A stretch of DNA of 64,000 bases from NCBI RefSeq assembly GCF_003018115.1, contig NZ_CP027457.1; one strand, given 5' to 3'. Numbering within the stretch: the first letter of the stretch is position 1; every line of letters starts with the position of its first letter. The stretch comes from Escherichia coli. Lineage in GTDB: Bacteria; Pseudomonadota; Gammaproteobacteria; Enterobacterales; Enterobacteriaceae. This document shows, piece by piece, positions 15,677 to 33,921 of the stretch. The notes under the pieces were generated by a model. That model worked only from the letters and a program-made list of their open reading frames with translations, did not search any database and was not told the DNA's origin. Both the position numbers and the translations under genes were made by a program.

Positions 15677-18031
15677 CTATTTTGCAGTCACAACCTGCAT
15701 GCCAGACGGTTCATTTTGCAGCGCCAGAGTCAGAACTTCCTCAATGCGCTTCACAGGATGAATGTCCAGATCGGCAATTACGTTGTCAGGAATCTCTTCC
15801 AGATCGCGTTTATTTTCGAACGGAATTAACACTGTTTTAATCCCGCCGCGATGCGCTGCCAGTAGTTTTTCTTTCAAACCACCGATCGGCAGTACCTGAC
15901 CACGCAGAGTGATCTCACCGGTCATTGCCACATCGGCACGAACCGGGTTACCGGTCAGGCAAGAAACCAGCGCGGTGCACATAGCAATACCAGCACTCGG
16001 ACCATCTTTCGGCGTCGCACCTTCCGGTACGTGGACGTGGATGTCGCGTTTTTCGTAGAAATCAGGGTTGATCCCCAGTTTTTCCGCACGCGCACGAACC
16101 ACCGTTAACGCCGCCTGAATGGACTCCTGCATCACTTCACCGAGCGAACCGGTATAGGTCAGTTTGCCTTTCCCCGGAACGCACGCGGTTTCAATGGTCA
16201 GCAAGTCACCGCCCACTTCCGTCCACGCCAGACCGGTTACCTGACCGACACGGTTTTCGTTATCCGCGCGTCCATAGTCAAAACGCTGAACACCGAGATA
16301 GTCATGCAGGTTATCGCCGTTAATTTCGATATGTTTTAATGACTTATCGAGCAGTAACTGCTTAACCGCTTTACGGCACAGTTTGGAGATTTCACGCTCC
16401 AGACCACGCACGCCCGCCTCACGGGTGTAGTAACGAATAATGCCGATAATGGCGCTATCGTCGACGGTCAGCTCACCTTTTTTCAGTGCATTACGTTCAA
16501 TCTGCTTCGGCAGCAGGTGACGTTTGGCGATGTTCAGTTTTTCATCTTCGGTATAACCGGAGAGGCGAATCACTTCCATACGATCCAGCAGCGGTGCCGG
16601 AATGTTCATGGAGTTCGACGTCGCGACAAACATCACGTCGCTGAGATCGTAATCCACTTCCAGGTAGTGGTCGCTGAACGCTACGTTCTGCTCTGGATCG
16701 AGCACTTCAAGCAGTGCAGAGGCCGGATCGCCTCGCATGTCAGAAGACATTTTGTCGATCTCATCGAGCAGGAACAGCGGGTTTTTCACGCCCACTTTCG
16801 CCATTTTCTGGATCAGTTTACCCGGCATAGAACCGATGTAAGTACGGCGGTGACCACGGATTTCCGCTTCATCACGCACGCCGCCCAGCGCCATACGGAC
16901 ATATTTACGCCCAGTGGCTTTGGCGATGGACTGACCCAGGGAGGTTTTACCTACCCCCGGCGGCCCTACCAGGCAGAGGATCGGTCCCTTGATTTTGTTG
17001 ACACGGCTTTGAACCGCAAGATACTCAAGGATTCGATCTTTCACGCGCTCCAGACCATAATGGTCGGTATCAAGGATTTCCTGCGCCTGACGCAGGTCTT
17101 TTTTGACCTTGCTGCGCGCATTCCACGGTACCTGTACCATCCAGTCGATATAACCACGCACTACGGTCGCTTCTGCCGACATCGGAGACATCATTTTCAG
17201 CTTCTGCAACTCTGCTTCCGCTTTCTCTTTTGCCTCTTTCGGCATCTTCGCCGCGTCGATTTTGCGCTTCAGGGCTTCGTTTTCGTCCGGCGCGTCGTCC
17301 ATTTCACCGAGTTCTTTCTGAATAGCTTTCATTTGCTCGTTCAGATAGTACTCACGCTGGGATTTCTCCATCTGCTTTTTAACGCGGTTGCGAATGCGTT
17401 TCTCAACCTGCAGCAGATCGATTTCCGATTCCATCATTGCCATCAGATATTCCAGACGTTCGTTAACGTCGGACATCTCCAGAACGGACTGTTTGTCAGC
17501 CAGTTTCAGCGGCATATGTGCAGCAATGGTATCCGCCAGACGCGCCGGATCGTCGATGCTATTCAGCGACGTCAGCACTTCTGGTGGGATTTTTTTGTTC
17601 AGCTTGATGTAGCCTTCGAACTGGCTGATTGCAGTACGCACCAGCACTTCCTGTTCTCGCTCATCAATGGTCGGCGACTCCAGATACTCCGCCTTCGCAG
17701 AAAAGTGTTCGCCATTGTCAGAGAGCGCAGAAATACGCGCGCGCTGTAACCCCTCGACCAGCACTTTGACGGTGCCGTCAGGCAGCTTCAGCATCTGCAA
17801 TATAGAGGCCACGGTCCCGACGGTGAAAAGATCGTTTACACCCGGCTCATCCGTTGAAGCTTCTTTCTGCGCGACCAGCATAATTTTTTTATCATGGTCC
17901 ATCGCCGCTTCCAGACAACGGATAGATTTTTCCCGCCCGACAAATAAGGGGATGACCATGTGCGGATAAACCACCACATCGCGCAGCGGCAATACGGGGA
18001 TTTCAATGCGTTCAGAACGCTCAGGATTCAT
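15677..18031 (-). CDS. lon: ATP-dependent protease Lon
   Basis: ORF 15677..18076. The Met at 18031 ([18 protein letters not shown]) gives 784 aa. Walker [10 protein letters not shown] and catalytic PKDGPSAG are present. Confidence 0.97.
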   Translation of the reverse strand: MNPERSERIEIPVLPLRDVVVYPHMVIPLFVGREKSIRCLEAAMDHDKKIMLVAQKEASTDEPGVNDLFTVGTVASILQMLKLPDGTVKVLVEGLQRARISALSDNGEHFSAKAEYLESPTIDEREQEVLVRTAISQFEGYIKLNKKIPPEVLTSLNSIDDPARLADTIAAHMPLKLADKQSVLEMSDVNERLEYLMAMMESEIDLLQVEKRIRNRVKKQMEKSQREYYLNEQMKAIQKELGEMDDAPDENEALKRKIDAAKMPKEAKEKAEAELQKLKMMSPMSAEATVVRGYIDWMVQVPWNARSKVKKDLRQAQEILDTDHYGLERVKDRILEYLAVQSRVNKIKGPILCLVGPPGVGKTSLGQSIAKATGRKYVRMALGGVRDEAEIRGHRRTYIGSMPGKLIQKMAKVGVKNPLFLLDEIDKMSSDMRGDPASALLEVLDPEQNVAFSDHYLEVDYDLSDVMFVATSNSMNIPAPLLDRMEVIRLSGYTEDEKLNIAKRHLLPKQIERNALKKGELTVDDSAIIGIIRYYTREAGVRGLEREISKLCRKAVKQLLLDKSLKHIEINGDNLHDYLGVQRFDYGRADNENRVGQVTGLAWTEVGGDLLTIETACVPGKGKLTYTGSLGEVMQESIQAALTVVRARAEKLGINPDFYEKRDIHVHVPEGATPKDGPSAGIAMCTALVSCLTGNPVRADVAMTGEITLRGQVLPIGGLKEKLLAAHRGGIKTVLIPFENKRDLEEIPDNVIADLDIHPVKRIEEVLTLALQNEPSGMQVVTAK

Positions 18032-18134
18032 AGAGCTCTCTCTTAGTTTAATTTCCGCCAGGTAATCAGATGACACGACTGTGCTTCACGCCATCTATTA
18101 ACATGTACGTCAGTATATGGGGATGTTTCCCCCA

Positions 18135-18191
18135 CATTCAACGCCGAGAATAGAGGAAAAATTAAAGGGGAGATAAAATCCCCCCTTTTTG
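18135..18191 (+). ncRNA. sraA: Candidate sRNA SraA in the clpX-lon intergenic region (5' end uncertain)
   Basis: On the + strand, AAAGGGG-loop-CCCCTTT followed by TT ends at about 18190, forming a terminator antisense to the flanking genes. From memory, K-12 SraA maps to this 187-nt spacer on the strand opposite clpX and lon. The coordinates were transferred from recollection, not measured. Confidence 0.4.
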
Positions 18192-18218
18192 GTTAACTAA
18201 TTGTATGGGAATGGTTAA

Positions 18219-19493
18219 TTATTCACCAGATGCCTGTTGCGCTTCCGGCTTGCCATAAATCAGCAACGGTTTGCTTTGACCATCAATTACCGACTCGTCG
18301 ATAACCACTTTTTCGACATCTTCCATGGACGGCAGATCGTACATGGTATCGAGCAGTGCGGCTTCTACGATGGAACGCAGGCCACGGGCACCGGTTTTAC
18401 GCGCCATCGCTTTCTTAGCGATAGCATCCAGCGCCTCGTCACGGAATTCCAGATCCACGCCTTCCAGATTAAACAGCGCCTGATACTGCTTGGTCAGGGC
18501 GTTTTTCGGCTCTTTGAGGATCTGAATCAGAGCTTCTTCGCTCAGTTCATTCAACGTTGCGACAACCGGCAGACGACCAATGAACTCAGGGATCAGACCA
18601 AACTTGATCAGATCTTCCGGTTCAACCTGCGCCAGCAGCTCGCCTTCGCTTGCTTTGTCGGACTTCGCTTTTACCGTCGCGCCAAAACCAATGCCGGAGC
18701 CGGTTTCTACACGATGGGAAATCACTTTATCCAGACCGGCAAACGCACCGCCACAAATAAACAGGATCTTAGAGGTATCAACCTGCAAGAATTCCTGCTG
18801 CGGATGTTTACGCCCACCTTGCGGTGGAACAGCAGCTACCGTACCTTCGATCAGTTTCAACAGTGCCTGCTGTACGCCTTCACCGGAAACGTCACGGGTA
18901 ATAGACGGGTTGTCTGACTTACGAGAAATCTTGTCGATTTCATCGATGTAGACAATCCCGCGCTGCGCTTTCTGTACGTCGTAATCGCACTTTTGCAACA
19001 GCTTCTGAATGATGTTTTCAACGTCTTCGCCCACATAACCGGCTTCGGTCAGCGTGGTTGCGTCGGCCATGGTGAACGGGACGTCCAGCAGGCGCGCCAG
19101 CGTTTCAGCCAGCAGCGTTTTACCGGAACCAGTCGGACCGATCAGCAGAATGTTACTTTTGCCCAACTCGACACCATTGCTGGTATCGCCGTTGCGCAGA
19201 CGTTTGTAATGGTTGTATACCGCGACCGCCAGCACTTTTTTCGCCTGTTCCTGGCCGATAACGTAATCGTCCAGGTGGTTACGAATTTCATGCGGCGTCG
19301 GTAGCGCACTGCGTTCACGATGCGGTGCAACTTCTTTAATCTCTTCGCGAATGATGTCGTTACATAAATCAACACATTCGTCGCAGATATACACGGATGG
19401 ACCGGCAATCAGCTTGCGCACTTCATGCTGGCTTTTGCCGCAAAAAGAGCAATACAGCAATTTGCCTGAGCCATCTTTGCGTTTATCTGTCAT
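18219..19493 (-). CDS. clpX: ClpX AAA+ unfoldase
   Basis: ORF track 424 aa. It has an N-terminal zinc-binding CSFCGKS...CDEC and Walker A GPTGSGKT. Confidence 0.97.
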
Positions 19494-19618
19494 GGGTCAA
19501 AACCTCTTCTTTGTACTTTGTGCCGCACACGACGACGCAAATGCCATTCTCAGGCGCAAGCCGCTTACAGCGTTGTGCCGCCCTGGATAAGTATAGCGGC
19601 ACAGTTGCGCCTCTGGCA

Positions 19619-20242
19619 TCAATTACGATGGGTCAGAATCGAATCGACCAGACCGTATTCCACCGCTTCAGGGGCGGAAAGGAAGCGATCGCGCTCGGTA
19701 TCACGTTCAATCTGTTCTAATGATTGACCCGTATGAAGCGCCATAAGTTCATTCATACGCCCTTTAACTTTCAGAATTTCACGGGCATGAATTTCGATAT
19801 CGGTCGCCTGGCCCTGGTAGCCGCCCAACGGTTGGTGAATCATCACGCGCGAATTCGGCAGGCAAAAACGTTTACCTTTTGCCCCTGCGGTCAGCAAGAA
19901 AGCGCCCATCGAGGCCGCCTGGCCCATACAGATGGTGCTGACATCAGGCTTGATAAACTGCATGGTGTCATAGATAGACATCCCGGCAGTAATCACCCCG
20001 CCTGGAGAGTTAATGTACAGATAGATATCTTTTTCTGGGTTTTCTGCTTCCAGGAACAGCATCTGCGCCACAATCAGGTTAGCCATGTGGTCTTCAACCT
20101 GGCCAGTTAGAAAAATGACGCGTTCCTTAAGTAGACGAGAATAGATATCAAAAGAGCGCTCACCTCGTGAGGTCTGTTCAATGACCATCGGCACCAGCGC
20201 CATATGGGGTGCAAAGTTATCTCGTTCGCCGCTGTATGACAT
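19619..20242 (-). CDS. clpP: ClpP serine protease
   Basis: ORF track 207 aa ([24 protein letters not shown]). The catalytic region GQAASMG is present. Confidence 0.97.
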   Translation of the reverse strand: MSYSGERDNFAPHMALVPMVIEQTSRGERSFDIYSRLLKERVIFLTGQVEDHMANLIVAQMLFLEAENPEKDIYLYINSPGGVITAGMSIYDTMQFIKPDVSTICMGQAASMGAFLLTAGAKGKRFCLPNSRVMIHQPLGGYQGQATDIEIHAREILKVKGRMNELMALHTGQSLEQIERDTERDRFLSAPEAVEYGLVDSILTHRN

Positions 20243-20421
20243 TTCCGTCTCCTGGATAAAATTGAAAAAACCTGCTGTACCGATTGTAACCTTATGGACG
20301 GATTATCAGCTAGTCCCTGTGTTATGGGTACGGCATCACCATATTTCAAGCATAACAATCTTTTGTTGTTACGCTAACACCGAAAGAGGCTTTTCGCACG
20401 GTTCCATGCAAAATTCATGAC

Positions 20422-20454
20422 AAAAAAAAGCCCACCACCTGGCGGTGACGGGCC
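20422..20454 (-). terminator. Rho-independent terminator of tig
   Basis: The reverse strand reads GCCCGTCACCGCCAGGTGGTGGGC followed by TTTTTTTT. Confidence 0.8.
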
Positions 20455-20487
20455 TTTGTGCGAATTTAGCGCGTTATGCTGCGTAAA

Positions 20488-21795
<1,308 letters not shown>

Positions 21796-22046
21796 TCAAA
21801 AAATCACAGTGCTCGGTCAACTCTTACCCCGCAAGCACAGGTTGTTGGCTTCGCGGAACCGGGATGTTCTTATAATCAATCACATTCCCTGTTACCAGAA
21901 TCATCCCGAAAGCATTCAAATAGGACGCGGCATTATAGCGGCATCACTTTTATGAGTCGAGAACGGTTATTGCGCGCTGTCGCGTATTTTTTCACAATTC
22001 CCGGGCAATTTTCGTCTGAATGCTGGGCAAAAAGCGCAAAATCCAG

Positions 22047-22076
22047 ACAAAACAAAACGGCCCGCAGGCCGTTTTT
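22047..22076 (-). terminator. Rho-independent terminator of bolA
   Basis: The reverse strand reads AAAACGGCC-TGCG-GGCCGTTTT followed by GTTTTG. Confidence 0.75.
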
Positions 22077-22129
22077 CATAAAATCTTTAGCAACATACTG
22101 GAAAAGCGCCGACAGTTGCAAATGCGTTT

Positions 22130-22447
22130 TTACGCGATGCTTCCTGCTCCACGACAGGGAGGAGAGGCAAAGACGGTGTCCTGCAACCCTTCCCACTCCT
22201 TAATAGTGTAAGTATGCAGAGCCAGCGCATGAACGGTAGTAGAGAGTTCCTCCGCTAAAGTACTGTAAATCATTCGATGACGATTCAGAAAACGTTCACC
22301 CGTAAAACGATCGCTGACCAGCACAACTTTAAAATGGCTTTCAGAGCCGGCTGGGACATTGTGACGATAGCTTTCATCCACTACTTCGAGGAATACGGGT
22401 TGGAACGCCGCCCTTAATTTTTCTTCTATCCGCTCACGTATCATCAT
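22130..22447 (-). CDS. bolA: Morphogene/transcriptional regulator BolA
   Basis: ORF 22130..22480. The Met at 22447 ([15 protein letters not shown]) gives 105 aa. Confidence 0.93.
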
Positions 22448-22751
22448 GAAATATCTCCTCCGACAACGCTGAGATGTCATCCATCCCTTTAAATACTAGC
22501 CGCTTTTACCGTTTCCATTGCAGCTTAACAACAAATATTTAGGTTTCGTCCTGGTTTTTCCGTCAAGCGTATGAAGTTTACTGATTTAAAGATTGAAACA
22601 CAGGCCTCGCATCAGCGTTTCTTTTACCAGGGGCGATTATTTCGTCAACATGATGAATTTACATGCCTTACCTACTTCCCCTCGCCGTTGGCAATGTTAT
22701 GATGGCGGGAATTTTTACCAAACACGCTTAAGAGTCTCTGAGAGCCCGAAC

Positions 22752-23330
22752 ATGTTCAAAAAAATCCTCTTCCCGTTAGTTGCTCTGTTTATGCTTGCAG
22801 GATGCGCAAAACCGCCAACAACTATTGAAGTTTCCCCGACGATTACACTGCCACAGCAGGATCCAAGCCTGATGGGCGTCACCGTAAGCATTAATGGTGC
22901 CGATCAGCGTACCGATCAGGCGCTGGCAAAAGTCACCCGCGATAATCAAATCGTTACCCTGACCGCCTCCCGCGATCTGCGTTTCCTGCTGCAAGAAGTG
23001 CTGGAAAAACAGATGACCGCGCGTGGTTACATGGTTGGTCCGAATGGCCCGGTTAATCTGCAAATCATCGTTAGCCAACTGTATGCTGACGTGTCCCAGG
23101 GCAACGTGCGCTACAACATCGCTACCAAAGCGGATATCGCCATCATCGCTACCGCGCAGAATGGCAACAAAATGACCAAAAACTATCGTGCCAGCTACAA
23201 CGTTGAAGGTGCGTTCCAGGCCTCCAACAAAAATATCGCCGATGCGGTTAACAGTGTGCTGACCGATACCATCGCTGATATGTCTCAGGACACCAGCATT
23301 CACGAATTCATCAAGCAGAACGCGCGTTAA
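22752..23330 (+). CDS. yajG: Lipoprotein YajG
   Basis: ORF 22593..23330. The Met at 22752 (MFKKILFPLVALFMLAGC, lipobox) gives 192 aa. Confidence 0.92.
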   Translation: MFKKILFPLVALFMLAGCAKPPTTIEVSPTITLPQQDPSLMGVTVSINGADQRTDQALAKVTRDNQIVTLTASRDLRFLLQEVLEKQMTARGYMVGPNGPVNLQIIVSQLYADVSQGNVRYNIATKADIAIIATAQNGNKMTKNYRASYNVEGAFQASNKNIADAVNSVLTDTIADMSQDTSIHEFIKQNAR

Positions 23331-23373
23331 TTTCTGCCCTCTGGCCCGGTGCAAGCCGGGCCTGTAGACGCCC

Positions 23374-24849
23374 ATGTCCAGTCAATATTTACGTATTTTT
23401 CAACAGCCGCGTTCAGCCATATTGCTGATCCTGGGTTTTGCTTCCGGGCTACCGCTCGCCCTGACATCCGGCACCTTACAGGCCTGGATGACGGTCGAGA
23501 ATATTGATCTCAAAACCATTGGTTTCTTCTCTCTGGTAGGCCAGGCTTACGTTTTTAAATTCCTCTGGTCACCGCTGATGGACCGCTACACGCCCCCATT
23601 TTTTGGGCGGCGGCGCGGTTGGCTGCTCGCCACGCAAATCCTGTTATTAGTCGCCATTGCGGCGATGGGTTTTCTCGAACCTGGCACCCAACTCCGCTGG
23701 ATGGCGGCACTGGCGGTGGTGATCGCTTTTTGCTCGGCCTCCCAGGATATTGTCTTCGATGCGTGGAAAACCGATGTGCTCCCGGCAGAAGAACGTGGTG
23801 CGGGCGCGGCAATCAGCGTGCTGGGTTACCGTTTAGGGATGCTGGTTTCCGGCGGCTTAGCCCTGTGGCTGGCAGATAAATGGCTGGGCTGGCAGGGCAT
23901 GTACTGGTTGATGGCGGCGCTGTTGATCCCTTGTATTATCGCGACGTTGCTTGCACCAGAACCGACCGACACCATTCCTGTGCCAAAAACGCTGGAACAA
24001 GCGGTTGTTGCACCTCTGCGAGATTTCTTTGGCCGAAATAATGCGTGGCTGATTCTGCTGTTAATCGTTCTGTACAAGCTGGGCGATGCTTTCGCCATGA
24101 GCCTGACAACCACCTTTTTGATTCGCGGCGTCGGATTTGATGCCGGCGAAGTGGGTGTAGTTAACAAAACGCTCGGTCTGCTGGCGACCATCGTCGGCGC
24201 ATTGTTCGGCGGAATTTTGATGCAGCGCCTGTCATTGTTCCGTGCGCTCATGATTTTCGGTATTTTACAAGGCGCGTCCAACGCAGGTTACTGGCTGCTT
24301 TCCGTGACTGATAAGCATCTCTACAGCATGGGCGCGGCCGTCTTTTTCGAAAACCTGTGTGGTGGGATGGGTACATCGGCGTTTGTAGCGCTGTTAATGA
24401 CTTTGTGTAATAAGTCATTTTCCGCCACCCAGTTTGCTCTACTCTCGGCGCTTTCTGCTGTAGGACGGGTTTATGTAGGACCAGTAGCTGGTTGGTTTGT
24501 GGAAGCTCACGGCTGGCCGACGTTCTATCTGTTCTCTGTTGCCGCCGCCATACCAGGACTTATTCTGCTGCTGGTCTGCAGACAGACGCTGGAGTACACG
24601 CGGGTCAATGACAATTTTATCCCACGTACCGAGTATCCATCAGGTTATGCCTTCGCCATGTGGACCCTTGCGGCGGGCTTCGGTCTTTTGGCCGTATGGC
24701 TATTGCTGTTAACGATGGATGCCCTGGATTTGACCCACTTCTCCTTCCTGTCTGCTCTACTGGAAGTCGGCGTTTTAGTCGCCCTGTGCGGTGTCGTGCT
24801 TGGTGGTTTACTGGATTACCTGGCGCTACGAAAAACGCATCTGACGTAA
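23374..24849 (+). CDS. ampG: Anhydromuropeptide permease AmpG (MFS)
   Basis: ORF track 491 aa, polytopic. Recognised as AmpG. Confidence 0.95.
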   Translation: MSSQYLRIFQQPRSAILLILGFASGLPLALTSGTLQAWMTVENIDLKTIGFFSLVGQAYVFKFLWSPLMDRYTPPFFGRRRGWLLATQILLLVAIAAMGFLEPGTQLRWMAALAVVIAFCSASQDIVFDAWKTDVLPAEERGAGAAISVLGYRLGMLVSGGLALWLADKWLGWQGMYWLMAALLIPCIIATLLAPEPTDTIPVPKTLEQAVVAPLRDFFGRNNAWLILLLIVLYKLGDAFAMSLTTTFLIRGVGFDAGEVGVVNKTLGLLATIVGALFGGILMQRLSLFRALMIFGILQGASNAGYWLLSVTDKHLYSMGAAVFFENLCGGMGTSAFVALLMTLCNKSFSATQFALLSALSAVGRVYVGPVAGWFVEAHGWPTFYLFSVAAAIPGLILLLVCRQTLEYTRVNDNFIPRTEYPSGYAFAMWTLAAGFGLLAVWLLLLTMDALDLTHFSFLSALLEVGVLVALCGVVLGGLLDYLALRKTHLT

Positions 24850-25308
24850 ACTGTGAATATTATTTAGCTGTAGTAATCACCCGGCGTAATTATTACGGCT
24901 AAATAAACATCAGCATCGCTTATTAATATTTGTTCTTTTGTGCGGCTTAGCGTTTGGAAATTATTGGCGCCATTTATAAATTCTATTTTTCTTACACGAT
25001 TCAGCTAATGAGTCTTTATTTTCTCACCACCCAGTTGTCACTCCAATGATAATTATTTGTTAAATAATTGTTTTATTTCGCATTGGTTATACCAATTGCC
25101 CGCCCAGACTCCTTCTGCACTCCCCTTTTGTTATAACGCCCTTTTGCAACAGCTTCTTAAAATCAACCTGATATGTTTTGCAACATATGTGACCTGACAG
25201 CCAAATCCAAGTAACAGGAATTTAATCATGTTTACAGTAATGTAACCTTCCCGTAAAATGCCCACACACTTTAAACGCCACCAGATCCCGTGGAATTGAG
25301 GTCGTTAA

Positions 25309-26256
<948 letters not shown>

Positions 26257-26265
26257 AGGGGTTGA

Positions 26266-29202
<2,937 letters not shown>

Positions 29203-29213
29203 GAGCGGCGGTT

Positions 29214-30104
29214 ATGATGTTTAAGCAATACCTGCAAGTAACGAAACCAGGCATCATCTTTGGCAACCTGATCTCGGTGATTGGGGGATTCCTGCTGGCC
29301 TCAAAGGGCAGCATTGATTATCCCCTGTTTATCTACACGCTGGTTGGGGTGTCACTGGTTGTGGCGTCGGGTTGTGTGTTTAACAACTACATCGACAGGG
29401 ATATCGACAGAAAGATGGAAAGGACGAAGAATCGGGTGCTGGTTAAAGGCCTGATCTCTCCTGCTGTCTCGCTGGTGTACGCCACCTTGCTGGGTATTGC
29501 TGGCTTTATGCTGCTGTGGTTTGGCGCGAATCCGCTGGCCTGCTGGCTGGGGGTGATGGGCTTTGTGGTTTATGTCGGCGTTTATAGCCTGTACATGAAA
29601 CGCCACTCAGTCTACGGCACATTGATTGGTTCGCTCTCCGGCGCTGCGCCGCCGGTGATTGGCTACTGTGCAGTAACCGGCGAGTTCGATAGCGGCGCAG
29701 CGATCCTGCTGGCTATCTTCAGCCTGTGGCAGATGCCTCACTCCTATGCCATCGCCATTTTCCGCTTTAAGGATTACCAGGCGGCAAACATTCCGGTATT
29801 GCCAGTGGTAAAAGGCATTTCGGTGGCGAAGAATCACATCACGCTGTATATCATCGCCTTTGCCGTTGCCACGCTGATGCTCTCTCTTGGCGGTTACGCT
29901 GGGTATAAATATCTGGTGGTCGCCGCGGCGGTTAGCGTCTGGTGGTTAGGTATGGCTCTGCGCGGTTATAAAGTTGCTGATGACAGAATCTGGGCGCGCA
30001 AGCTGTTCGGCTTCTCTATCATCGCCATCACTGCCCTCTCGGTGATGATGTCCGTTGATTTTATGGTGCCGGACTCGCATACGCTGCTGGCTGCTGTGTG
30101 GTAA
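29214..30104 (+). CDS. cyoE: Heme O synthase (protoheme IX farnesyltransferase)
   Basis: ORF 29169..30104. The Met at 29214 ([14 protein letters not shown]) gives 296 aa. Confidence 0.94.
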
Positions 30105-30120
30105 CAAAACCTCTCTATTA

Positions 30121-30146
30121 AAAAGGTGCTACGGCACCTTTTTTCT
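30121..30146 (+). terminator. Rho-independent terminator of the cyo operon
   Basis: AAAAGGTGC-TAC-GGCACCTTTTTT. Confidence 0.85.
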
Positions 30147-30252
30147 TAGCATTAGAAACATATCCCTCTCGAAATATTTACTAAAAAATCCCCATGTTTA
30201 CCCCATTCGTTTGCCGCTTTACACTAGTCGTGAATTTAAAACAGAGGTGGTA

Positions 30253-31617
30253 ATGAACGATTATAAAATGACGCCAGGTGAGCGGCGCGCGACCTGGGGT
30301 TTAGGGACCGTATTCTCGTTGCGCATGCTGGGCATGTTCATGGTTCTGCCGGTTCTGACCACGTACGGCATGGCTCTGCAAGGTGCCAGCGAAGCATTAA
30401 TCGGTATTGCCATTGGTATTTATGGTCTGACTCAGGCCGTTTTTCAGATTCCGTTTGGCCTGCTTTCCGACCGCATTGGTCGCAAACCATTAATTGTCGG
30501 TGGGCTGGCAGTGTTTGCCGCCGGTAGCGTTATCGCTGCGCTTTCTGACTCCATCTGGGGAATTATTCTGGGCCGGGCGCTACAAGGCTCCGGTGCGATT
30601 GCCGCTGCCGTTATGGCGCTGCTTTCCGATCTCACGCGCGAACAAAACCGCACCAAAGCAATGGCGTTTATCGGCGTGAGCTTTGGCATTACCTTCGCCG
30701 TTGCGATGGTGCTTGGCCCGATCATCACTCACAAACTTGGGCTGCACGCGCTGTTCTGGATGATCGCTATTCTGGCAACGACCGGCATTGCGTTGACCAT
30801 TTGGGTTGTGCCCAACAGTAGCACTCACGTACTTAATCGTGAGTCCGGAATGGTGAAAGGCAGTTTCAGTAAAGTGCTGGCGGAACCGCGGCTGCTGAAA
30901 CTCAACTTTGGCATTATGTGTCTGCATATTTTGCTGATGTCGACGTTTGTTGCCCTGCCCGGACAACTGGCTGATGCGGGGTTCCCGGCGGCTGAACACT
31001 GGAAGGTCTATCTGGCGACAATGCTAATCGCCTTTGGCTCGGTCGTGCCTTTCATTATCTACGCTGAAGTTAAGCGCAAAATGAAGCAAGTCTTTGTCTT
31101 CTGCGTCGGGTTGATCGTGGTTGCGGAAATTGTGTTGTGGAACGCGCAAACGCAGTTCTGGCAACTGGTGGTCGGCGTGCAGCTTTTCTTTGTGGCGTTT
31201 AATTTGATGGAAGCCCTCCTGCCCTCACTTATCAGTAAAGAGTCGCCAGCAGGTTACAAAGGTACGGCGATGGGTGTTTACTCCACCAGCCAGTTTCTTG
31301 GCGTGGCGATTGGCGGTTCGCTGGGCGGCTGGATTGACGGCATGTTTGACGGTCAGGGGGTATTTCTCGCTGGCGCAATGCTGGCCGCAGTGTGGCTGGC
31401 AGTCGCCAGTACCATGAAAGAACCGCCGTATGTCAGCAGTTTGCGCATTGAAATCCCGGCGAACATTGCCGCAAACGAGGCGTTAAAAGTGCGTTTGCTA
31501 GAAACTGAAGGCATCAAAGAAGTGTTGATTGCAGAAGAAGAACATTCAGCTTATGTGAAAATCGACAGCAAAGTGACGAATCGCTTTGAGGTTGAACAGG
31601 CAATTCGCCAGGCATAA
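30253..31617 (+). CDS. yajR: MFS transporter YajR
   Basis: ORF 30055..31617. The Met at 30253 (MNDYKMTPGERRATWGLG) gives 454 aa. Confidence 0.92.
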   Translation: MNDYKMTPGERRATWGLGTVFSLRMLGMFMVLPVLTTYGMALQGASEALIGIAIGIYGLTQAVFQIPFGLLSDRIGRKPLIVGGLAVFAAGSVIAALSDSIWGIILGRALQGSGAIAAAVMALLSDLTREQNRTKAMAFIGVSFGITFAVAMVLGPIITHKLGLHALFWMIAILATTGIALTIWVVPNSSTHVLNRESGMVKGSFSKVLAEPRLLKLNFGIMCLHILLMSTFVALPGQLADAGFPAAEHWKVYLATMLIAFGSVVPFIIYAEVKRKMKQVFVFCVGLIVVAEIVLWNAQTQFWQLVVGVQLFFVAFNLMEALLPSLISKESPAGYKGTAMGVYSTSQFLGVAIGGSLGGWIDGMFDGQGVFLAGAMLAAVWLAVASTMKEPPYVSSLRIEIPANIAANEALKVRLLETEGIKEVLIAEEEHSAYVKIDSKVTNRFEVEQAIRQA

Positions 31618-31639
31618 AAGCGAGGCGAAATTGCCTGCT

Positions 31640-31722
31640 GCGCTACGCTTATCAGGCCTACTAAGTTCCTGATTTACAAACCTTTGTAGGCCGAACCAAG
31701 CGTTCATGCCGCATCTGACATG
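31640..31722. repeat. BIME / clustered REP elements between yajR and yajQ
   Basis: Contains GCGCTACGCTTATCAGGCCTAC and TGTAGGCCGAA...GCCGCATCTGACATG, which are canonical REP consensus pieces in inverted orientation. Confidence 0.8.
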
Positions 31723-31744
31723 AACAAAGCGCAGGTTGTCGCGA

Positions 31745-32236
31745 TTAATCGCGGAAGTTTTTGAACTGGAACGGCTGACCCAGATCGCCACCGCGCACCA
31801 TCGCCATGACAGCCTGCAAATCATCACGAGATTTGCCAGTCACGCGGATCTCATCGCCCTGAATTTGCGCCTGCACTTTCAGTTTGCTGTCTTTGATCAT
31901 CTTGACGATTTTTTTCTGAGTGGCGCTCTCAATGCCCTGTTTCAGTTTCGCTTCCACAAACCAGGTTTTACCGCTATGAACGATATTTTCCGGTACATCC
32001 AGTGAACTGCCTTCAATGCCGCGCTTCAGCAGCTTGGCACGCAGAATATCCAGCAACTGATTGACCTGGAAGTCGGACTCGCTCAACACTTTGATGGTTT
32101 TGCTGGCGTCGTTCAGCTCAAATGAGGCTTCAACGTTACGGAAGTCAAAACGGGACTCCACTTCGCGGCTCGCGTTATCGACCGCGTTACGTGCTTCCTG
32201 AAGATCAACTTCAGAGACAATATCGAAAGATGGCAT
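31745..32236 (-). CDS. yajQ: UPF0234 nucleotide-binding protein YajQ
   Basis: ORF 31745..32404. The Met at 32236 ([20 protein letters not shown]) gives 163 aa. Confidence 0.93.
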
Positions 32237-32315
32237 CTTTTCCTCTCCCTTCATTTTTGATGCGAAGCATAATACCTGCAAAGTTAAATAACCAACAGTC
32301 CTGCACCAGGACGTA

Positions 32316-32359
32316 TCCCTTAATTGTGCATAGTCGCAACAGCATGCACAATTAAGGGA
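32316..32359. repeat. Perfect 16-bp inverted repeat (12-nt spacer) in the yajQ-panE divergent region
   Basis: TCCCTTAATTGTGCAT (32316-32331) and ATGCACAATTAAGGGA (32344-32359). It is preceded by a second dyad, GTCCTG-CAC-CAGGAC (32298-32312). Confidence 0.9.
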
Positions 32360-32403
32360 TAGCCTTATTGAACACCCGGAGTGGTTGCGGGTGAGGAGGA
32401 ACA

Positions 32404-33867
<1,464 letters not shown>

Positions 33868-33868
<1 letters not shown>

Positions 33869-33910
33869 TGTCGGATGCGGCAAACGTCGCATCTGACCAG
33901 ATGCGACGTA
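33868..33910. repeat. REP element between yajL and thiI
   Basis: GTGTCGGATGCGGCAAACGTCGCATCTGACCAGATGCGACG shows the REP-type GATGCG/CGCATC dyads. Confidence 0.7.
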
Positions 33911-33921
33911 AAAACCACAAA

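Noticed and set aside
16517-17749. A 410-aa + strand ORF antisense to lon. Similar long antisense ORFs lie opposite ppiD (14219..14992), clpX (18237..18917), secD (49956..50660), malZ (56590..57216) and proY (58332..59195).
   Set aside because: All are codon-registered with the recognised gene on the other strand (offsets 840, 1086, 18, 873, 675 and 444 nt, all multiples of 3). They give repetitive H/R/F/Q-rich products. This is the same stop-depletion artefact as for tig.
24850-25308. The 459-bp AT-rich ampG-cyoA spacer, containing the nested palindromes ATTTAGC...GCTAAAT (24862-24904) and CGTAAT-T-ATTACG (24885-24897), considered as a possible islet remnant or sRNA locus.
   Set aside because: This long spacer is the normal, heavily regulated cyoABCDE control region in K-12 (ArcA, Fnr, CRP and other sites). 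It has no ORF and no terminator-like U-tract after the palindromes, and nothing distinguishes it from the core sequence.
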